DNA of 64,000 nt from an uncultured Planctomycetia bacterium. Its GTDB lineage: Bacteria > Omnitrophota > Gorgyraeia > 2-02-FULL-51-18 > JAGOUK01. The notes below the pieces were generated by a model. It had not been told where the DNA came from, made no database searches, and was given only the letters and a program-made list of their open reading frames with translations. The stretch is taken from positions 7,390 to 71,389 of the forward strand of contig CAYSFB010000002.1 of the NCBI GenBank assembly GCA_964430735.1, given 5' to 3'. The translations under genes and the position numbers were made by a program. This document shows positions 9,701 to 18,700 of this stretch, piece by piece; the stretch's first letter is position 1, and each line of letters starts with the position of its first letter.

Positions 9701-12700
9701 CACGCCCCCCTTATTGGCGTGTGTGACTTGGAACGTTTCGGAGAATTCCGCCAGGCGGGCGGCGGAAGGATCTGACGGAACCGCAGCCGGGACAGGACGG
9801 ACGGCATAGGACTTGAGCACATTGCCGTCTTTCAGGTTCAGCTGATGCAGGCGCCTCGTGTGTTCGAGTCTTTGCAAGCGCCCCTGCGCATCGGCTTCCA
9901 CTTCGATGGAAGCATACACCGTGCGGCGAAGGTCCGCGTCGTAATATCTGCTTAATTCGTACCACCGGTTCGGCGCGCCAAGCGCGAAGATCGCCCGAAA
10001 AGGGTCGTCTCCTCCTTTGGCCTGAAAATTCTTCGCACCCACCGCATTGGAGCGGGTATAGAGCCCCTCAAAGGGCGCCGGGTGAGCGGGGCTTTCGGGT
10101 TCGGCCGAACGAATATGCGCGGCGAGGAGCGGCTTGATCTTCGCGGCATCTTCCGCAACCACTGCCTGACGGCGGAATGCATCCGGATCGATCCTTCTGG
10201 GCGTCACCCGCGTCCGGTCCCTGCCTCCGAGCTCTGCCGTAAAGACCCGCAGATCCAGGTGACCATCACGGATTTGCGGATCGCCCGTCGAGTCGAGGGC
10301 GATGAAAGTGAAGATAGGCCGTCCACGGGCATCGTCCCACGTGCGCCGCATCCAAAAGGCTTGACCCGGCTCGAAGCCCAGGACGAACAGCGCCGGCCGC
10401 CTGTTTTTGACGGTGATGTTCCCCCGGTCGTTCGCGGCATAATAGACCTCCATGTCCCGATGCGTGCCGGAAGCGCCCAAATCTTCGCTGTCGAACTGCG
10501 CCGTCAATTCGGGATAGGCGGCCTCCCACCCGAACCGGTGGCGCAGCGGCGTCGGATGGATCACGGTCTTGATCAGATTCTCGGCGTCCAGGTCCGGGCG
10601 CCCGGAAGCGTTTCTTTTGACCTCGAAGGTCCTCGAGAACGTTTGTCCGGTGTCGGCGTCCACGTAGGAAAGGATGAATTCATAGGCAAAAGTTGTCGGC
10701 TGGTACACACGCCTGAACAGGACCTCGGCGGGCCGTTTGGTCTGGAGGTCGAAAATGAGCTTCCTGACATTTCCCCGGGCGTCCGTGAATGCAAAAGAGA
10801 TCCGGCCCGACCGGCTCGACATCAGCCTCGCCGTCAAATCACCCCACTCCGGGGAATCGATTCGGCCGCTCTTAAACTGAGCGACGATGGCCTCCCTCGC
10901 CTGCTTGAGGCTCAACGGCGCATCAACGCCCTTCACCGGGCGACGGGTTGACTCTTGGTGCATTTGGACGAGAATTTTTTGGGCGTCCTGGCCAAAGGCT
11001 GTCCGCGGCTCAAAGCGGAGCGTTGCTTTTTGCTGGATGTCTGCCCGTTTCAGAAGAGCCCCCGCTTCGAATTGCCTGCCCTCGGCTGACAATCGGCGGG
11101 CTGCCTTTATGCTGTCGTCGATGGAGACCGCTTTTTCAACGAATCCGTTGCGCCGCGCCGTTGCCCACACTTCGGCATACGGCGCTTGTTCCGCCAGGAG
11201 CGCCGGCAGACGGGACAATTCGCTCAGCACCAGATCCCCCGCGCCCAGATCGCACAGCTCCAGCAAATGCTCCGCCGTGATCGCCGTGCGGCTTTGATAG
11301 GAAGCTGCCTGATGAATGCCGTCGATCCGCTGGATCGTTTTCCGCGCTTCCGACGGGTCGAGCTCGTCGGTGGACGCCAACTCGAGCGCCTCGTCCAGTA
11401 TCTGGAGAACATTGTTTTTTCGGCGAGCCCCTGCCTTTTCCTGCCAATTTGAGATCAGGTTGTGGAAGCGCCTCCTTTCCATACCCGTCAAAATATCAGG
11501 CATGGCCGCCAGCATACCGAGCAGATGGAGGCCCGCGTCCGCAAGTCGGTCTGTTTGCAGGATCGACGCAAATTCCCTCACTCTCTCTTCAAATTCCGCC
11601 AGCCGGGCACCGGCGGGTTGAGGCTCCGCGAAGACGGTCACGACGTCCCAGCCGCTTCGACGCAGCAAATCCGCGAATCGCGTGGAGGGGTAATTGTTGG
11701 CCAGGTCGGAAAAGCGATCAGGCAGCGCTTCAGATCCGGCCGCCCTCAGGTCAATCGGAGCCTGTGCCGTGAACCCGGTCTCCGCCAGAATCCGCAGGGC
11801 CAGCGGAACGCTGTCGATCTTGCCGGGCCCCGGCCGGCGCACGAGCTCGTCGATCGACTGAACAACCGCCTCACCCGCCTTGGGCCGCTGGATCACAAGA
11901 ACAAGCCTTCCCTCCGGCTTGAGAATCCGGCGCGCTTCGCGCATCATGCCGGGCAGCACCGACTCAAGCGTACCCGGACTTGGCATGTTGATCGTGACCA
12001 CATCGACCGAGCCGCTTCCAAGACCGGTCGATTCGGCGCCTTGCAGGACCAACCGGCCCGGGAGATCTTCCAAAGCAACCGGTGTCATCGGCGGAAGATC
12101 GTAACTGATGAATCGTGCGTTCTTCAGCCAGGCGCCCGCGTCGACCTTATTCGCGAATTCGGCATCCAGGCCCCCCATATCCACACCCTTCACAACACCG
12201 GATAACTGCTCAAAATCGCGGATGATCCGCTGATTTCGTTCCGCCACGGCATCCTGGTCATCGGTCAAGACGGTCTCGTTGCTGTCTTGTGTCGACGCCA
12301 GCCGTGCGCCTTCGGCAATGAGCCGGCCGGTGGCGCTGGTTTGGGTTGCGTCTCCGGCGGTCGCCTGCAACTCAAAGAAATGAACGCCCGGCGCGAGCGG
12401 CCGCAAACGAATCGCCCACCGGGAAACGTCATCCGGCAAACCGGCCTGATCGTCGATCCGGCGCATCTCAAAGGTCTGTCCGGCTGTGTCCGCTTCGTTC
12501 CATACACGGACCGCAACCCGCTCAACGGACCGGCGGGTGTAAACCTCTACATCGAACGGCTCGGCGGATTCGGATCCGTCTGCCGGAATCCGGCGGCGCT
12601 GGACGACGCCGCTTTGGACATCGGGATTGGCACGCAGCAGAAGCCGGTCCGCGGGAACCGCGAAGACTTGATTCCTCGCGGCGACGAGATCCTTCAGCAA

Positions 12701-15700
12701 GCGCACGGCGGATTCCGCCGCAACCGTGGACGCCTCGCCGCGGGCCGCGGCCGTCAGCTCCTGCACGGTCGAGGGCAGGCGCTTGCGCCACTGTCCGGTC
12801 GACACGCCTGGAACGTTGAACCGGTGTTCCTCGCCAAGGCCGAAAACGTCGAACCAAGTCGGGATCGCCAGAAGCGCTTTGGACAAAAACACCTGCTCAA
12901 GCAGTTTTTGGTGCACCTGCGGAGTGAGGGACGCGCGGTGCGCGGCGCGCTCGGACTCGGGCAGGCCCGGAAGCAGCTGATCGAGGACGCGGTTTTTTTC
13001 ATCGTCGGACATTTCCTTTTCCCAGCGGGTCCGGATGTTGGACGCGTCGTGCAGACCGAATGTAGCCATCGAGTTCGGGGTGTGGCGCGAGGCGTGGTAG
13101 GCGCTTTCGGGACTCAAGCCCCACATGACAGGAAAATAATTGTATCCGGCGAGCTGGACGACGAAGTCCTGAATCTCCTGCGGCACGGTGCCGAGCGTTT
13201 CAAATATGACCGTAGTCCCCTTTGCCTGAGCCAGCGCCAAGAAGTCAGAAAGAATCGACGGCATGGTGGGTTTGAAGTACGACAGTCGCACGCTGTCTCC
13301 CGTTTGCGGGCCTTCGCCGTTGAACAAATACTCTTCGAAGAAGCCGGCATCCCCCGCCCCGGCGCTCGGCGTGAGCCGCAAATAATCCCACACGGGCTTT
13401 TCCAAATGAACCTTGGCTTCGACGACCTCGCTGCGCCGGTCCCAATGAGACCCTTCCGGCACCGGCAGTCCATACTGATCCCGCGGAGTCTCCCTTGCGA
13501 TCGTGACCGCAGCATCCGGTGTCAGCCCGCCGTCGGGCCCAAACAGGTATCGGACCGCATCTTCCGGCAGACCGAACGCCGCCGGATCGAGGCCGCGGAG
13601 ACGCTCATAGAGAACCTTGCGCGCCTGCTCCACGGCTTCCGCCCGGATGCGCCCGGCGTCCTGCGGCGAACCGGCGGCCTGCGAGACGGCCGTTCCTCGA
13701 ATCCGGCGGAACGCATCGTCCAAACCCAGCCGTCCCAGCGTCATCTGCGCGGCAACGTCTTCCGTGAACAGATAGTGACGGAAAAATCCGAGTACGTGGT
13801 CCAGCCGGATATACGTCGCGCGGTTCTGATGAAACGCGAACAGCCGCTTCAGGTAATCGGCGGTGGCGGGGTTCGACCAGTCGTACGGATAAAACTGCCA
13901 GTACTGGCCCGCCGGATACGCGGGCTCCGCGGGCACCCCCTGGGTGACCAGGCGCCGGTAGCCGTTTTCCTTGCGAAGCCCGAAGACGGTGTCCTTATGG
14001 ATCCAGACGTCGGCCCCGTCGCGGGCGAACGGAATGTCGACGGCAATCTCCGAACCGTTGGCGCGCGCATGACCCTTCATTGTTTGGAACTGCCGATCCG
14101 CAACGAATTGCACGAACATGTAGAAGTCGAGCCGGTCTCTCAGACGGGCCTTGGCCGACGCGATCGCGCCGGGCTCACGGTCGCGAAGCCCCGTTTCCCA
14201 GGTCCGCCAATCCCAGCCGTTCATGGGCTTGCGCTCCAGATTTTCTTCCTTGAGAAGCACGTAGAGCATGTGGTCTTCCAGCCAGTCGGCATTGGATTCG
14301 AGGAAGCTGCGGTGCGCGAGACCCAAAGCGGTTCCGTCCGCCGCGGGCGCGCTGCGGTAGGCCCGCCACAGGAGCTCCAGCGCTTCCATTTTGAGACCGA
14401 TCACGGCCATATGGTCGATCTCCGAAGCTTCCCGCAGGGCGCGGATGCGGCCAGCGTTGCGGCTCAAGAAATCGCGGACAGGCGCCAGGTCCACCGCCGC
14501 CGACTCGTCGCGAACCATCCTCTCCATGTCGTCGATCAGCATCGGCACGCTGATGTAACGCGGATCGATCGCGCGCGAACTGTTCTCGGCATACGGCGAG
14601 TCAAACGCGCCCGACCAGCTCAGAGGCAAGTGCTGCTGCACCTTGAGCCCGAGGTCCCGGTACAGATCCGATGCGGCCATCGCGCTCTCAAAGTCGCCGA
14701 CCCCCCAGTCGCCCCGGCCCGTCACCGGATCATGGGACCTCTGGAAGTGGAAAGGAAAAAACGCCCCGCTCACAGATTCCATCCACGCAACCGGCGCCAC
14801 AAATTCCTTCGAAACGGGCTCTTCCGCAAGCGCGACATCCACCGCGAGCCTGGCGGCTTGCGTTTCGGCGGGGAGCTTGTCACGGAAAAACCTTGCGGTG
14901 CGCGCAAAAGCGCGGCTCTTTCTATTTCCAAAAAAGTAATGCCGGCCGGATGGATCATAGTAGACGGGTCCGCTGTCCTCGCCGATCAATTCGCGCAGAC
15001 GCAGTCCGTCGGAATGCGACACGTCGCTGTCCGCGCCGCCCTGGATGTACATGAAGTCCGAAAAATTCATATCCCGGTCCAGCGAGGACACCGAAATACT
15101 GAAACCCGCCGCGATGTCGCGGATCTTTTCGAGGTCATTCTCTCCAAATACGTACCCGAGAAATTCCCGGTGCCGGCCGATCGCCCGGCGGTCCAAAAAG
15201 GTCTTTTCCAGAGGAGGGTTCATCGACACGACGGCAAACAGCCGCCCGCGCAACTCGGTGCTGAGATACGCCCTCAGCGCCGCATTACCCCCGAAGCTAA
15301 ATCCAAAAAGACCCGCGGAACCGAATGAATAATCGGGGTTTGTCTCCAGGTAATTCAGGCACGCGGCCGTGAATTCATTGAGCTCCGCCGCGGCCTTGAT
15401 CGGCTCATGATTGCGGCCATGTCCCGGCAGATCGGGCCGCAGTACCGCGAACCCGCGCCGCACCAGCATGTGCTCGAGCTCATCAAAGTAGGGCTGCTGC
15501 CCTCCGTTGGTGAGTCCCGCATAGATGATGATGACGGGCATTGCCTTCCGCCTAAGTTTGCCGCTGGTTGGTATCGTTAACTGGGCCGGAATGGGCTGGT
15601 GTCCAGGCCTCGGGATGCGGATATCCAAGAGAACCGGCGCGCTGGAGGCGCCGTTGTATCCGGCGCGATGGGCCTGGGAATAAATCGCGTCGAACTTGGA

Positions 15701-18700
15701 TCGAAGCCTCTCAAAATCGGGGTTGACGCCGCCGTCCGGCCGCCGCGGTACCTGGAATCCCATTGCGATATACCAGTAGGCTGCCCGCTCCCTCACATCC
15801 TGCGCTGCGTCGCCCATCCCTTCCCAATATTCAAGCCAGGTGCTGCGCCAGGGAAAAATAACGCCCCGAGCATCCCGCCATGGCATCCGGCGCAAAATCC
15901 GGCGCATCGCCGTGTCGGCTGCGGCTTCGGTCGAGGATGCTGCTGCAAAATCCCGCAGCTTGATTCCGTCGTTCAGAGCGAGAACCATCTGCTTGAGATC
16001 GCGGTTCATGTCGGCAAAGATCTCGCTCATCATCCCGGCCAGCCGAGCGCCCTTCGAGCCCCGATATTCCCTGTCGGTGCGCACGCGGATGCTGCGCGGC
16101 GCGGTGACGCTCAGCTTTAATTTTTCGTCCGTAAAGTCGATGGCTTTGATCACGATTTCTTTTCCGTTGATCCGCAGCTCAGACTGGCGCAGCAAATCCT
16201 CCAGCGTCGGACGATGAGGCGCGACCTTCATGTGCACCAACTTTCCGCTTGGCTTAGCGTCGGGGTTCTGGCGCGCAAAGCGCCGGTATTCGATGGACGG
16301 AATGGCGCGGCTCGATGGCTCGGTGGGTCCGTCAACCGGAATGCGCATGTCTGCAGAAACAACGAGATCAGCCTTGAGATTCAGCTGATCCCAATCCACG
16401 ACATGCACCACGACCTGAGCGCCCGATCCGATGACCAGCTTCTCCCCCTCGCCGAGGGTAAGCATCCGATGGCCCTTCCCGTCCGCACTCAAAGGCTTCT
16501 TCTCCCCGCCCGCCAACCGCGCGCCGTCGGCCTCAAACAACGCGCGGACATCCGCGCCGTGGATGCCGGCCGCTGGCAGTAAGCGCTCAAACAAAAGCAC
16601 GTACGGATCGTCCGATCGGACTCCCGCGGTCTCCCTCGAAGGCTGCATGGCGCCTTCGAGCGGGGCCCATGAATAATTCATGTGGTTCCGCCGGGTCACG
16701 ATCAGCGATTGAAAAATCAGGCCGATCAAATATTTCGCGTCATCCGACAACTCCGGCTCCGTGACCAACTCTGACTCCAGATCCATGGTCAACTTTAGAA
16801 CTTCTTCATAACGCCGGCCTAAAGTGGCCGCGATGAAGCCGTCGTTCAAGACCGAGATGTCCTGCGTCAGGTGTCCGCGAAGTTCAGAAACCATCGACCG
16901 CAAGGACGCCGCGTCAACCGGAGCCGCGTCGTCGGCCGGATCTTCCAGATAACTGACCGTCAATCCTTCCTGATCGATCGCGTCTTGAGCCATGATGTGG
17001 TGAGTGACCAATTCGCGGGATATCTTCAGATGAACGTCTTCAGTGAACATCAGATCCGCGAGGAGGTGATTGTAAGCTTCCCGGTCCGACGGGAGAACCA
17101 TCGAATCGGCTGTCATCATTTCAAAAACCATGACCATCCGCCGCATTTTTACGAGATAAAAATTCAGATCGTGAGCCAACGCCAAAAGCCTCTCGTCGCT
17201 CACGCTGCCGTTGTTCTGCCAGGCCTTCACCCTGTCTCGAAGCTCACGTCGGCGGGCCACAAAAACTCGCTTAAAAAGCGTCAAAGGATCGATCTGACGG
17301 GTCTGGATGCGTTTATAGAGCGAAGGATCTTGCGCCAGACGCTCCAAACCGATCTGTTGAAGCGTCTGGGTTGAGGTCTCCGGATTCGATTCCCGCAAGG
17401 GCCTGGTCAGGATCCGGAAGTAATGAGCGAGTCCTGCCGCCAGATCTTGCCGCTGACCAAATTCCTGTCCCGGCCAACTCTCGAGCCATGCGTCCATAGC
17501 ATCGGCAATGTTGGCGACAAGTTCTTCGCGCTCGGATGCGACAGCCTTCGTTTTGACCGTTTTAGAGTCTGCACCCGAAGGTGACTTCGGAGCGGACGCT
17601 GTCAAATATTCCCGCCACTCGGAGGCGTCCGCCATCTGGGAAGGCGCCAAGTTCACATCCAAAACACCCAATGCGACCGAAAGAGTCTCGCGCAGCGCCG
17701 GGTCTGCCGGGAACTCCATCACGCGCGGCCCTGAAGACCATGCGTCGAGCGTCGTCACATCGATCAACACATCCCCCGTCCGAAGACCCGCTGCAAGCGA
17801 ACTCACAACCGCCTGCATTTTGGCCGTGTTGTCCAGCACACGCGGTTCAACCGCCGATCGGATAGTGGCACTGAACTGCTGGTTGTAGCTTCTTCGCAAG
17901 ATAATATCGGGCAAACCCGCTTCGCGCATCCCCCTGAGCGTCAAGGTCAGATCGAGTCCGGACAGGCTCATCGACTCGATCCTGCTCTGCTCGATCAGAC
18001 TGGCAATTTCTGCGGCAATTTCGGCGTCGCCTCCGCGCTTGACCATGAATCCCAGGTCCGCGAGCGCGTCACGCTCAAACCGCGTGCCGACTTCCACGGT
18101 GGCATACAACTTTTGGTCCGGCTCCAAAGCGCTGACAGCAGGTAAAAATAGTTCTGCAATCCGGCGTTCAACCTGCGCCGCATCAGCCGCATTGCCTTCG
18201 AGACGAAACGCTTCATATCGAACCGAAGCGAGCCGCGCGGCCTGCTTGGGGCCGTTTAAAAGATGTTGTTTGATCAGTCCGATTTGCCGGTCATTCATCC
18301 AGGCGCTGACCGACGACAAGCCGTCCATGATCAGCTGGCCCCGGTAAGCCGTAACTTCCGTCGTATTGAGGTAAAAAGGCGGGACTTTTGCGAACGACCT
18401 CAGAATATCTTCAAGAAGATTGCTGCTGGAGGCGGCATCGGCACGCCATTCGCCGGCGCCGCGCAAACTCGATAGAAGCTTGTCGAGAGATGACTGGGCA
18501 GGCGGCGACTGAATGAAATCGAGGGGCATCACCCCTTCTCTCCGCATCGCAGCACGGAAGTCACCGGCGTCTAAATGGTCCAAAAGATCCTTCATCGCGC
18601 CGCGCTCGGGGTCAATCGGCAGCTCGGTCGGATCCAACGCAAATTGTGTTTGGAGAACCCATTGGGCCAATTCCCTCATGCGAGAATGATTGCCCCGACC

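Noticed and set aside
12287-15328. 1,013-aa plus-strand ORF, with other long plus-strand ORFs (19619..21262, 3559..5190, 25155..27212, 28054..29223, 46875..48641, 50..588)
   Set aside because: All are antisense to minus-strand genes with strong homology support. Their translations are Arg/Ala/Gly-rich low-complexity sequence typical of stop-codon-poor frames in >60% GC DNA. No homology was recognised.
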